From positions 64,001 to 128,000 of the forward strand of contig JBBDYJ010000016.1 of NCBI GenBank assembly GCA_040901675.1: DNA of 64,000 nucleotides, given 5' to 3'. The position numbers and the translations under genes are program-made. The notes under the pieces are model-generated. The model made no database searches. It saw nothing but the letters and a program-made list of their open reading frames with translations, and was not told where the DNA came from. The DNA comes from Pirellulales bacterium (GTDB lineage Bacteria > Planctomycetota > Planctomycetia > Pirellulales > JAICIG01). Shown one piece after another: positions 8,190 through 18,836 of the stretch; position 1 is the stretch's first letter, and each line of letters opens with the position of its first letter.

Positions 8190-10733
8190 ATGGACGCATC
8201 GGCGCCAGCTCGCGAGGGGCGGCCGCGGTATCAGCCGCTGGTGATCGTTCTGGCGGCGGTGTGTACGGGGATGGCCGGCGACCGCCTTGCGCCCTGGCCG
8301 GCGCAGGCCTGGTGGGCGGTGGCGGCCGGCGGCTGGTTGGCGTGGCTGGTGCTGTGGCGAAGGGGCCGCGAGCGAGCGGCGGCCGCGTGCTTGCTGATCG
8401 CGCTGGCCGCCGCCGGCGGAGCCTGGCGGCACGTGCAGTGGCACTTGTTCGACCGGAATGAAGTCGGCCTCTATGCCGGCGACCAGCCGCGCCCCGCCAT
8501 GATCGAGGCCACGCTGATCAGCGGACCTCGCCGCCTGCCGGCGCCGGCGCCCAACGCCATGCGGGCGATCGAGAGCGGCGACCGCACGCGGATGCTGGTG
8601 CGGGTGACGGCCCTGCGCGACGGCGACGCCTGGCTGCCTGCCAGCGGACGGTCGCTGCTGTTGGTCAACGGGCACTTGCTGGGAGTCTCGGTGGGCGATC
8701 GCGTGCGGATCGCCTGCCGGCTTTCGGCGCCCGCCGATCCCCGCAATCCGGGCGAGTTCGATTTCGCCCGGCACGCGCGCGGCCGCCGGCAGCTCAGCCT
8801 GCTGTCGGCCGATTTTCCGCAGTGCGTCACGGTGATTGCCAGGCGGGCGCGCTGGAGCATCGGCCAGTGGTTCGAAAACCTGCGCACCAGCGGCGACGAA
8901 GCGCTCTGGCGGCGGCTGACTCACGAGCGCTCGGGGCTGGCCGCGGCGCTGTTGCTGGGCGCCAGGGAGCAATTGGACCAGGAAACGACCGACGCCTTTG
9001 TCAGAACCGGCACCGTGCACATCCTCTCGATCTCGGGGCTGCACGTCGCCATCCTGGCCGGCGCACTGTTCTGGACCATGCGCCTCGGTTTCGCGCCTCG
9101 GGGCACCGCGCTGGCCGGTGTGGCCACCGTAGTGCTGCTCTATGCGCTGGTGATCGCGGCCGAGCCGCCGGCCGTGCGGGCTACGATCCTGGTGCTGCTG
9201 GTGGCCGCCTCGTTGTTCTGGGGAAGGCGGCTGCTGCCGTTCAATGCGCTGGCCGCGGCCGCGCTGGTGGTGCTGGCCGCCAATCCGGCCGATTTGTTTC
9301 GAGTCGGTCCGCAACTCTCGTTCCTGGCGGTGACCTCGCTGATCTGGTTCGGCCCGCGGTTTGCCCGCCGCGCGAGTGGCGCCAGCCAAGATCCCTTGGA
9401 GCGGCTGATCGACGCATCGCGTCCTTGGCACGAGCGCTCGGCCCGCTGGCTGTGCGGTTGGTGCTGGCGGGCCACGCTGTTGACGGCCGCCGTCTGGGGC
9501 ATCAGCGCCCCGTTGGTGATGGCCAACTTCCACCTCTTTTCACCCGCCACGTTGCTGCTGACGCCGCTGCTGGCGGCTCCCATCGCCGTCGGGCTGATGT
9601 CGGGGTTCGCCGTGCTCGTCCTCGATTGGATTGCGCCGCCGCTGGGCGCCATCGCGGGCTGGGTCTGCGACATGTGTCTCTGGTTCCTGAACCTGGCGGT
9701 CGACCTGGCCAGCCGGTGCCCCGGAAGCCACGTCTGGGTGCCTGGGCCGCAGCCTTGGTGGCTCGTGGTCTTTTACGGCGTGCTCGCCACGTGGATGGCC
9801 GTGCCGGCGCTGCGGCCGCCCCCCAGGTGGTGCATCGCGTTGTTGGCCGCCTGGACCACCGTGGGGCTGGCGGTGCCGTTGGCCCGCAAGCTGGAAGCGC
9901 CCCGGCTGGTGTGTACATTTCTGTCCGTGGGGCATGGGTGCGCGGTCGTGGTCGAGCTGCCCGACGGGCGGACCATGCTCTACGACTGCGGCCGGCTGGG
10001 CTCGCCCACGGCCGGGGCGCGGAGCGTATCCGGCTTCCTCTGGTCGCGGGGCATCATGCGGCTCGATGCGGTGGTGATATCGCACGCCGACATCGATCAC
10101 TACAACGCGCTGCCCGAGCTGCTCGACAAATTCGCGGTGGGACGAGTCTACGTGTCGCCGGTGATGTTCAACAATCCAGACGCGGCGATCGCGCGGTTGC
10201 GGGAAGCAATCGAGGGCGCCGGGACGCCGCTGGCGTCGATCCGGGCCAACGACCGGCTGCACGTCGGCGGAGATTGCCGGATCGAGGTCTGGCACCCTCT
10301 CGCCCGCGGTGTGCAAGGCAGCGACAACGCGAACAGCCTGGTCGTGGCGATCGAGTACCAGGGCCGCCGCATACTCTTGACCGGAGACATCGAATCGCCA
10401 GGGATGGAGGACGTGCTGGCCGAAACGCCGCAGGTCTGCGAGGTGCTGCTGGCGCCGCACCACGGGAGTATACGCAGCAGCCCCCGCGGCTTTTCCGACT
10501 GGAGCAGCCCCCGCTGGGTCATCATCAGCGGCGGACCAGGCCGCGATCATCACCAGGTGCGGCAAGTGTACGAACGGGCCGGCGCCACGGTGCTCGACAC
10601 CGAAACGCGCGGTGCGATCAGCGTACGGATCGAAAACGGAGAGGCAACCGTGGAGACCCTACGTGGCGGCGATGATTCCCTTCCGCATGGCCGGATCCGC
10701 TCGGAGCAGCCTCGAAAAAGACAAGCTGGCTAG
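8190..10733 (+). CDS. comEC: ComEC/Rec2 DNA internalization competence protein
   Basis: NPGEFDF OB-domain motif, TGTVHILSISGLHV, GPQLSFLA, and C-terminal metallo-beta-lactamase motifs SHADIDHY, NANSLV, LTGD, PHHGS. Start taken at ATG 8190. Confidence 0.93.
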   Translation: MDASAPAREGRPRYQPLVIVLAAVCTGMAGDRLAPWPAQAWWAVAAGGWLAWLVLWRRGRERAAAACLLIALAAAGGAWRHVQWHLFDRNEVGLYAGDQPRPAMIEATLISGPRRLPAPAPNAMRAIESGDRTRMLVRVTALRDGDAWLPASGRSLLLVNGHLLGVSVGDRVRIACRLSAPADPRNPGEFDFARHARGRRQLSLLSADFPQCVTVIARRARWSIGQWFENLRTSGDEALWRRLTHERSGLAAALLLGAREQLDQETTDAFVRTGTVHILSISGLHVAILAGALFWTMRLGFAPRGTALAGVATVVLLYALVIAAEPPAVRATILVLLVAASLFWGRRLLPFNALAAAALVVLAANPADLFRVGPQLSFLAVTSLIWFGPRFARRASGASQDPLERLIDASRPWHERSARWLCGWCWRATLLTAAVWGISAPLVMANFHLFSPATLLLTPLLAAPIAVGLMSGFAVLVLDWIAPPLGAIAGWVCDMCLWFLNLAVDLASRCPGSHVWVPGPQPWWLVVFYGVLATWMAVPALRPPPRWCIALLAAWTTVGLAVPLARKLEAPRLVCTFLSVGHGCAVVVELPDGRTMLYDCGRLGSPTAGARSVSGFLWSRGIMRLDAVVISHADIDHYNALPELLDKFAVGRVYVSPVMFNNPDAAIARLREAIEGAGTPLASIRANDRLHVGGDCRIEVWHPLARGVQGSDNANSLVVAIEYQGRRILLTGDIESPGMEDVLAETPQVCEVLLAPHHGSIRSSPRGFSDWSSPRWVIISGGPGRDHHQVRQVYERAGATVLDTETRGAISVRIENGEATVETLRGGDDSLPHGRIRSEQPRKRQAG

Positions 10734-10869
10734 CTTGGGTAGTTTGAATTGTTTCGTATTGCGCTGTTGCGCAAGATTTCTGGAGAGCCGATGCCGTATT
10801 TTTGCCCTGGATCTCGACTGGTGAGGTGGCCCCCAGAACACCTCGACTCGAGATTGCGAGGCCGAACCG

Positions 10870-11136
10870 ATGGACGCGCGCGAGTATCTGGCCACGGCGG
10901 CGGCGAATCGACGCATTGTGGAGTTAGCGAAGTACGACGAAACCGACCAGTGCGTGGGACGCGGCCGCGCCCTGGTGATCGATCCCCAGCAGCGGATCGC
11001 CGTGATGCTCGAGCATTGCGGTTTTCCCGGCATCACGCTGGTCCGGGCCGGGAACCTGGTCCAATACGTCCAAGGGACCGGGGCCGAATGGCGGATCGCA
11101 GGCGATCCGGTCGACATTCAATGGGAAGGCCCGTAG
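10870..11136 (+). CDS. hypothetical protein (88 aa)
   Basis: ATG-initiated ORF with plausible codon usage, upstream of and in the same frame as the helicase gene. Confidence 0.55.
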   Translation: MDAREYLATAAANRRIVELAKYDETDQCVGRGRALVIDPQQRIAVMLEHCGFPGITLVRAGNLVQYVQGTGAEWRIAGDPVDIQWEGP

Positions 11137-11175
11137 CTCTTTCGGCCCATCAACGCCTACACTAGCGAGCCGAGG

Positions 11176-14100
11176 TTGTCTCGCTTCCGCGCCGCCCACG
11201 CCGACTCCCACACCGCAGCCGCCTTGATCGTTGTGCCGCCCACCGTCCACACTCCAATCGTCAACTATCTGCGTGAATGCCTGGCGGCCGAGATCAACTG
11301 GTCCCGCACCCTCAACGTGCTCGATCAGCGCGACCTGCGGCTGTTTGGGCTGACGGCCGATCAAAAAGAAGAATTGGGACGGCGGGGCTCGCTGGAGTTG
11401 AGCTCCGCGGAAGGAGCCGAGCTGGCCGCGGCCCACGCTGCCGGCGGTGAGGCCACCCGGCTCGTCATGGGCGCGCTGTTCCTGGTTGGCAGGACTCCGG
11501 GCGACGCAGGCAAGCCGCCACGACGATATTGCGGGCCGCTCTTGGAAGTGCCGCTCTCGCTGTCACGCGACCTGGCGGCGGGGCGCGTGACGGTGGCGGC
11601 CGAGGAAGAGCGGTTCACGATCAACTACGGCCTGGTCGCCGAACTGTTGCGTGCGGACGACGAGGACCTACGGCGGCGATTGACGGATCTGGCCGAGCTG
11701 GTGCCGGACTTTCCCGTCGATCCGGGCGAGTTTGCCGATTTTTGGGCGGGCTTCAAGCTGATTGCGCCGGGCTTGCCCCTTGCCGCCGATCCGCCGCGGC
11801 GGCGGCCGACCCGATCGGCGCGGACCACCGACGCCGACGAGGAGTCCGTGGACGAGGCGGACCGCGCCGCCGGCCAGGGTGAGGAAAGCCTGGCGGCCGA
11901 AGTTGCCGCCGGCAGCGGCGGCCCAACCCCGGACCAGCGGTTGGAGCTAATCGACTTCTATCTGCCCGCAATCGCCAAGGACGAAACGTTCCGGCTGTTG
12001 CCAGCCGCGGCGCTCGTCCTGGAGCAAGCTGGCAGGCAGCCGCTGTCGGTGCTGGCGGAGCTGGAGCGGCTGGCCGAGATGCCGCTCGATGGGACCGCCT
12101 TTTCGGCCGTGTTCGAGCCCGCCGATTCAGGGCGGACCGGCACCCCGGCTAGCCGGCCTGAAAGGCCGACCCCGGACGGCGACGAAGAGCCGCTTGGGCT
12201 CTCTCGACCGCAACGTGCCGTGGTTCATAGCGCGCGGTCCGCGCCGTTGACCGTGGTGACCGGGCCTCCGGGCACCGGCAAGTCGTACACGATTACGGCA
12301 ATCGTGTTGGATGCGCTGATGAGAGGCGAGAGCGTGCTGGTGGCATCGCAGATGGACAAGGCCGTGGAGGTGGTGGCCCGGCAGGTGGAGCGAATCGCCG
12401 GGCCCTTGGCGATTGCCCGATCGGGCGGCCGCCAAGCGCAGCGCGAGCTGGCCAAAAAGATCTCCAGGCTGACGGGCCCCTCGACCAGGCCCGCCAAGCC
12501 GGCAGGCCCAGCCGCGCGCCAACTGGCGGGGCGGCAGCGGGAGTTGGGCCGGCGATTGAAGGGCCTGCGGGAGCGATTCCGGCGGGTCGTCGCGCTGGAA
12601 CGGGCTTGGACTGCGAGCACCGCGGATTACGAGCGGCTGGCCGCGCTCTGTCCGCTGCCGATCGGCAAAGTCGGCGACCGCGCCGTCGACCGTGCCACAG
12701 CCGCGTTGCGAAGGGCCCAGCGGGCCCTGGCCGGAGAGCCGGGCCGGGTCCGGCGATGGTGGGGCGAGTGGCAGCGGCGGCGGGCGCTGGCGCTGTTGGC
12801 CATCGCGCGGCCGCGGGACGCCACGCTGGACGAAATCAATGAAGCGCTGACGGTCCACGTGCACCGACGGAGCATCGAGCGGGCCAAGCGCGAGCTGCGC
12901 GGGCCAGCGGTGGCCGATGCCCTCTGGCACGAGATCCGGGAGTTGACCAAGGCACGCACCGAGCTGGCGCTCGATCAGCTTCGGGCCCACCGCGAGTCGG
13001 CGCTGTACGCGCTCACCCGCGGCGCGGCCACGCGGCAGCAATTGCGGCAACTGGCGACGTTGCTGCGGCGGCGCAAGGCGAAACTGAAGCAGGCCGCCAA
13101 GCAGCGGCTCGATGAAGGGCTGGTGCTTTTGACCTTTCGCGCCTGGGCCTCGACCAACCGCACCTTGGGGCAGATACTTCCGCTGGCGCCGGCCATGTTC
13201 GACCTGGTGGTGGTCGACGAGGCCTCGCAGTGCGACCTGGCCTCGGCGGCCGTGGCGCTGGCCCGCGGACGCCGCGCCGTCGTGGTGGGAGACCCGCACC
13301 AGTTGCGGCACGTCTGCTTTCTGAGCCACGCGCGGGAGGTGGCGGCCTTTGAACGGCACGGGGTGCCTGAGCGGCAACGAGAGCAGTTTCGTTACAGCCG
13401 GCGAAGTCTTTTCGACGCGGCCGCCGACGCGGTGCCGCAAGACTGCTTTTTCCTGTTGGACGAGCACTTCCGCAGCGTGCCGCCGATCATCGACTTCTCG
13501 AACCGGCGGTTTTACGAGGGGCGGCTGCGGATCATGACCGCCCGGCCCATGTCCGGCTGGTCCGATGCAATCCGAGTGGTTCGCGTGGGAGGCCGCCGTG
13601 CAACCGAGAGCAGCATCAACGAAGCGGAAGTGCTGGCGGTCATGGACGAGATCGCGCGGCTGGTGGGGCGGGCGACGGCGTCGGGGGCGACGTCGATCGG
13701 CATCGTGTCGCCCTTCCGGGAGCAGGTCGACGCCATTCTCGACCGAGTCACTCGGGGCCTGGATGCCGAGGCCATCGCGCGGCACGAGCTGGTGGTTGGA
13801 ACGGCGCACACGCTGCAGGGGGACGAAAAAGACCTGGTCATCCTGTCGACTTCGATTGATCAAGATTCGCACCGGGCATCGCTGCGTTTTCTGGAGAACC
13901 CCAACCTTTTCAACGTAGCCGTGACGCGTGCTCGGCGGCAGATGGTGGTGGTGACGTCGGTGCAGGCGGAGGGCCTGCCCGGCGGGCTGCTGCGCGACTA
14001 CCTGCTGCACGCCCATGGTGAGCGGCGCACCGAGCCGGCGGCCGGGCGGGCGTCTCGCGCGCTGTGCGACGAGGTGGCTTCGGCGCTGCAAGCGCACGGG

Positions 14101-14334
14101 TGGCGGGTGTTCCCCGATTTCCACGCGGCGGGAATATGCGTCGACCTGGCCGTCTCGGACGGCGAGAGCCTGCTGGCGATATTCTGTGACGAATCGCCGG
14201 CCGAAGATGACGACCCGTTGGAGCAGCACGAGATCCTCGAGCGGGCCGGATGGACCGTAAAGCGCGTCAGCCGCCGCGGTTGGACCGACGACTGGGTGCG
14301 GGAAACCACGCGGCTGACCGAGCCCTGGCCATGA
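11176..14334 (+). CDS. SF1 (DNA2/NAM7-like) helicase with C-terminal Vsr/DUF559-like nuclease-fold domain
   Basis: Walker A GPPGTGKS, VVDEASQ, VVGDPHQL, LDEHFRS, IVSPFREQ, HTLQGDEKD, NVAVTRAR, and a C-terminal 'VDLAV...LERAGW' domain. The true start may be GTG 11233. Confidence 0.9.
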   Translation: MSRFRAAHADSHTAAALIVVPPTVHTPIVNYLRECLAAEINWSRTLNVLDQRDLRLFGLTADQKEELGRRGSLELSSAEGAELAAAHAAGGEATRLVMGALFLVGRTPGDAGKPPRRYCGPLLEVPLSLSRDLAAGRVTVAAEEERFTINYGLVAELLRADDEDLRRRLTDLAELVPDFPVDPGEFADFWAGFKLIAPGLPLAADPPRRRPTRSARTTDADEESVDEADRAAGQGEESLAAEVAAGSGGPTPDQRLELIDFYLPAIAKDETFRLLPAAALVLEQAGRQPLSVLAELERLAEMPLDGTAFSAVFEPADSGRTGTPASRPERPTPDGDEEPLGLSRPQRAVVHSARSAPLTVVTGPPGTGKSYTITAIVLDALMRGESVLVASQMDKAVEVVARQVERIAGPLAIARSGGRQAQRELAKKISRLTGPSTRPAKPAGPAARQLAGRQRELGRRLKGLRERFRRVVALERAWTASTADYERLAALCPLPIGKVGDRAVDRATAALRRAQRALAGEPGRVRRWWGEWQRRRALALLAIARPRDATLDEINEALTVHVHRRSIERAKRELRGPAVADALWHEIRELTKARTELALDQLRAHRESALYALTRGAATRQQLRQLATLLRRRKAKLKQAAKQRLDEGLVLLTFRAWASTNRTLGQILPLAPAMFDLVVVDEASQCDLASAAVALARGRRAVVVGDPHQLRHVCFLSHAREVAAFERHGVPERQREQFRYSRRSLFDAAADAVPQDCFFLLDEHFRSVPPIIDFSNRRFYEGRLRIMTARPMSGWSDAIRVVRVGGRRATESSINEAEVLAVMDEIARLVGRATASGATSIGIVSPFREQVDAILDRVTRGLDAEAIARHELVVGTAHTLQGDEKDLVILSTSIDQDSHRASLRFLENPNLFNVAVTRARRQMVVVTSVQAEGLPGGLLRDYLLHAHGERRTEPAAGRASRALCDEVASALQAHGWRVFPDFHAAGICVDLAVSDGESLLAIFCDESPAEDDDPLEQHEILERAGWTVKRVSRRGWTDDWVRETTRLTEPWP

Positions 14335-14360
14335 TGGTAAGCACCGTAGTATAATTGGGC

Positions 14361-15596
<1,236 letters not shown>

Positions 15597-15598
<2 letters not shown>

Positions 15599-15660
15599 GG
15601 AGGAAGACAGAAGGCAGAAGGAGGAAGGGCAGAAGGAGGAAGGAGGAAGGAGGAATCAGA
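15597..15660. repeat. 7-nt purine-rich tandem repeats
   Basis: AGGAGGA/AGGCAGA units directly after the mdh stop. Confidence 0.75.
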
Positions 15661-15964
15661 CCGCGAAGGCTGGAAAGAGTAACAAGGCAGCGTGGGACTG
15701 AATGGTGCAACCTGCGTGACGCGGGTTCCGCGCGTCTCTCTGCTTCGCCGACCCGTTGGGCTTCGCCGACTCGTTGGGTTCGCCTGGCGCTTCCGGTTGA
15801 CAGCCAGCCGGGGCATGCAGTAAAGTCCCCGACTTGTGCATGCGCCGATCAGGGGGTCGCCGGTGTCACGCAGGCGCCGCGGCCATGAATCCAGCCGGGC
15901 CGCGAGAGGAACTGGTGATCGATCCGGGGCGGTGGGTGTCGCGATCCTGGTCACGGGGCTCTCC

Positions 15965-16723
15965 ATGAACCGAATTCAAAGCCTTCCGGCCGTTGTTCCC
16001 ACGCCGATCGTCTACGGGCCGGACGCGGTGAACGTGGGCGCCGCCCAATACTCGCCGCCGCGGCAAGACGCCCATTTCGCCTTCTTTGCCCCGCTGCACT
16101 ACGAGCCCAATTACGCCTATCCTCTGTTCGTCTGGCTGCACGGGCCTGCCGACAGCGAAAGCCAGTTGAAGCGGATCATGCCGCTGGTCAGCATGCGGAA
16201 CTACGTCGGCGTGGCCGTTCGGGGCACGCGTCGCGTGAACCGGCCGGGCAACGCGGTCTACAGTTGGTCGCAGAGCCACGCCGACCTGACGCTGGCCGAG
16301 CAGCGGGTGCTCGACTCGATCGACCTGGCACGCTTGCGGTTCAACATAGCGCCGCGGCGGATCTTTGCGGCGGGCTTCGATTGCGGCGGCACCATGGCCT
16401 TTCGGCTGGCCATGAACCATCCCAGGCGGTTCGCCGGGGCACTTTCGTTGGGCGGCGCGTTTCCCAGCGGCCACGGCGCGCTGGCACAGCTCGACCAGGC
16501 CCGCCGCGTGGCCTTGTTCGTGGCCTGCGGCCGCGAGAGCCTGACTTATCCCACGGTGACGGTGTGCGACAACCTGCGGCTGTTTCACAGCGCGGGCATG
16601 AACGTGTCGCTGAGGCAGTATCCATGCGGCCAGGAGATCGCCCCCCAAATGCTGTCGGACGTGGACCGCTGGATCATGGAGCAGATCTCGCTGGAGGCGT
16701 CGGGGCCGGCCAAGCCGCATTGA
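15965..16723 (+). CDS. alpha/beta hydrolase (phospholipase/carboxylesterase-like), catalytically degenerate
   Basis: YPLFVWLHG motif is present, but GFDCG replaces GxSxG and YPCGQEI replaces the His motif. Start taken at ATG 15965. Confidence 0.8.
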   Translation: MNRIQSLPAVVPTPIVYGPDAVNVGAAQYSPPRQDAHFAFFAPLHYEPNYAYPLFVWLHGPADSESQLKRIMPLVSMRNYVGVAVRGTRRVNRPGNAVYSWSQSHADLTLAEQRVLDSIDLARLRFNIAPRRIFAAGFDCGGTMAFRLAMNHPRRFAGALSLGGAFPSGHGALAQLDQARRVALFVACGRESLTYPTVTVCDNLRLFHSAGMNVSLRQYPCGQEIAPQMLSDVDRWIMEQISLEASGPAKPH

Positions 16724-16792
16724 CAGCGGCTGCCCCTCGCGATACAAACTGCCGACCTTTCCTGCGTCTCCCGTCACTTTGGCGTTGCCACC

Positions 16793-17287
16793 GTGAATGA
16801 CTTGAACCTGTCGGCCCAGCGCGATCCCCGGCTGGCGGCGGTGCCGCTGTATGAGACAGTCGAGGAAGTCCAAGCCGACCTGGCTCCGCGGTTTCTGGCC
16901 TTGCGCATCCGAACCGTGCTCGACGTGCCGCGCGACCTGGTGGTGACGGCGGACGGCGATATGCTGCGCCGCGCCATCTTGAACCTTTCGCTGAATGCCA
17001 TCGAGGCCATGCCGGCCGGCGGCGAGTTGGTGGTCACCGCATACGCGGGCAGGTCGAGCGTCGAGCTGGAAATCGCCGACAGCGGGCCTGGCCTGTCGGA
17101 GGAGGTCCGCCGCCGGGCGTTCGAACCATTCTTCACCACCAAGAGCACGGGCACGGGCTTGGGCCTGGCCGTCGTGAATCGCGTGGCCGAGGTTCACGGG
17201 GGCGATGTCACCGCCGCCAATTGCCCCGAGGGGGGCGCCGCGTTCACCATCCGCTTGCCTCGCCGCAGCTTCGAGGCCGCCGCATGA
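16793..17287 (+). pseudogene. 5'-truncated sensor histidine kinase (HATPase_c domain only)
   Basis: N box NLSLNAIEAM, DSGPG, FEPFFTTK and GTGLGL are present. No H-box or sensor domain; the sequence begins at what looks like the end of a HisKA helix (TVNDL). Confidence 0.7.
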
Positions 17288-17403
17288 CCAGGCAACCACG
17301 CCGCACGTGATTGGTGCGAATCCGCAACAAGCTGGTGCACGCCGACCGGGAGGTTCAGAACATTCGGGGTTGAAGCCGGATCGGGCAACTTGGAGTTCCA
17401 TGG

Positions 17404-18834
17404 ATGGATTTCCTGAACAACGCTTCCGGGCAACTCGGCGAACTGTTCCGCTCGATGACGGCCGGCGCGCGGATTACCGCGGCGGTGCTGGCGACGGTGG
17501 TGGTGATCAGCCTGGCTTACCTGGTCAACCAACAGGTGTCGCGTGGCGGCGAATATCTTTTGGACGGTCACCGCTTCAGCTCGTCTGAGCTGATGGCGGC
17601 CGAAGGGGCCTTCGGCAGCGCCGAGCTGAACGGCCATGAGGTCGAAGGCGGGCGGATCAGCGTGCCACGAGCCCAGCGGGCCCGGTACATGGCCGCCCTG
17701 GCCGACGCGGGCGCCATGCCGACCCACTTCAGCAGCTACCTGACGGAAGCGCTGGCCAAGCCCGGTTTTTTTACCAGCAGCCGCCAGACGGAGGCGATGT
17801 GGAAGGTCGCCGTACAGCGCGAGCTGGCCAGCATTATCGGCAAGATGTCGGGGATTGAGCGGGCTGCCGTTTTTTTCCACACGGAAAAGAAATCGGGCCT
17901 GCACCGCGAGACCGTGAAGACCGCGGCGGTCAGCGTCACGCCGGTGGGCAACCGGCCGCTGGATCCCAAGCGGGTGCCGGCGATCCGCGAATTTGTGGCC
18001 GCCGCCATCGGCATGTCGCCGCAAGGCGTCGTCGTGATCGATACCAGCCAGGACGGCCGGTCGTACCGCGTCGACGGCGATGACGGGATGGTGAGCGTGC
18101 TGAACGACCCGTACTTGAACCACAAGAAGGAGTACCAGAAAGAATTCCAGGCCATGGTCGCCAACGCGCTCGGTTTCGTGCAGGGCGTGATCGTCACCGC
18201 CAGCGTGGAACTGGACCGCGAGATCAGCACGCAGGTGGCTCGCTTGACCCCCAAGCGCGTCACGATCGCCGTTGCCGTGCCGGCCAGCCACTACGAAAAA
18301 ATCTGGCGCGAACAAAACCCGGCGCCACCCGGCCAGCCGGCGGCTGCGCCGGACAAGAACGCGCTGGATCAGATCGAGCTCTCGGAAAAGGCCAAAATCC
18401 AGAACCTGGTCTCTGGCCTGGTGCCGCCGCAGCTCGACGCCGCCGGGGATCCGCGCCCGCAGGTCTCCGTCGCTACTTTTTATCCCTTCACCGCGCCGGA
18501 GGCTCCCCAGCCCACCCTCGCCCAAACCGCCCTCCAATGGGCGTCGATGCACTACGGGGCGCTCGGCATGGGGCTATTGGTCCTGGTCAGCCTGATCATG
18601 CTCCGCTCGATGGTCCGCTGTATCCCGCGGCCGCCCGATGCGGCTGGGGTCGTCGTGCCCAGACGCCCTCCGGCGGAGGAAACCGCACCCAGCGCCGGGC
18701 CGGAAAAGGCGAAGCCGCATTTCAAACGGCCGCAGGCAGCGGGCTCGTTGCGTGACGAACTGGTGGAGATGGTCCGCGAAGATCCGGATGCGGCTGCCGC
18801 CATCCTTCGCACCTGGATAGGCAACGCAGGCTGA
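17404..18834 (+). CDS. fliF: FliF-like MS-ring protein, apparently lacking the beta-collar
   Basis: Two TM segments, RBM-like 'ELASIIGKMSGIERAAV', C-terminal FliG-binding 'EMVREDPDAAAAILRTWI', and position directly before fliG. Confidence 0.82.
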   Translation: MDFLNNASGQLGELFRSMTAGARITAAVLATVVVISLAYLVNQQVSRGGEYLLDGHRFSSSELMAAEGAFGSAELNGHEVEGGRISVPRAQRARYMAALADAGAMPTHFSSYLTEALAKPGFFTSSRQTEAMWKVAVQRELASIIGKMSGIERAAVFFHTEKKSGLHRETVKTAAVSVTPVGNRPLDPKRVPAIREFVAAAIGMSPQGVVVIDTSQDGRSYRVDGDDGMVSVLNDPYLNHKKEYQKEFQAMVANALGFVQGVIVTASVELDREISTQVARLTPKRVTIAVAVPASHYEKIWREQNPAPPGQPAAAPDKNALDQIELSEKAKIQNLVSGLVPPQLDAAGDPRPQVSVATFYPFTAPEAPQPTLAQTALQWASMHYGALGMGLLVLVSLIMLRSMVRCIPRPPDAAGVVVPRRPPAEETAPSAGPEKAKPHFKRPQAAGSLRDELVEMVREDPDAAAAILRTWIGNAG

Positions 18835-18836
18835 AC

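Noticed and set aside
8190..10733. comEC as evidence of natural competence
   Set aside because: ComEC is widespread in non-transformable bacteria, and no other uptake genes are in the window.
15743..15785. 18-nt tandem duplication CTTCGCCGACYCGTTGGG
   Set aside because: Only two copies plus a fragment and no link to other repeats; likely local slippage.
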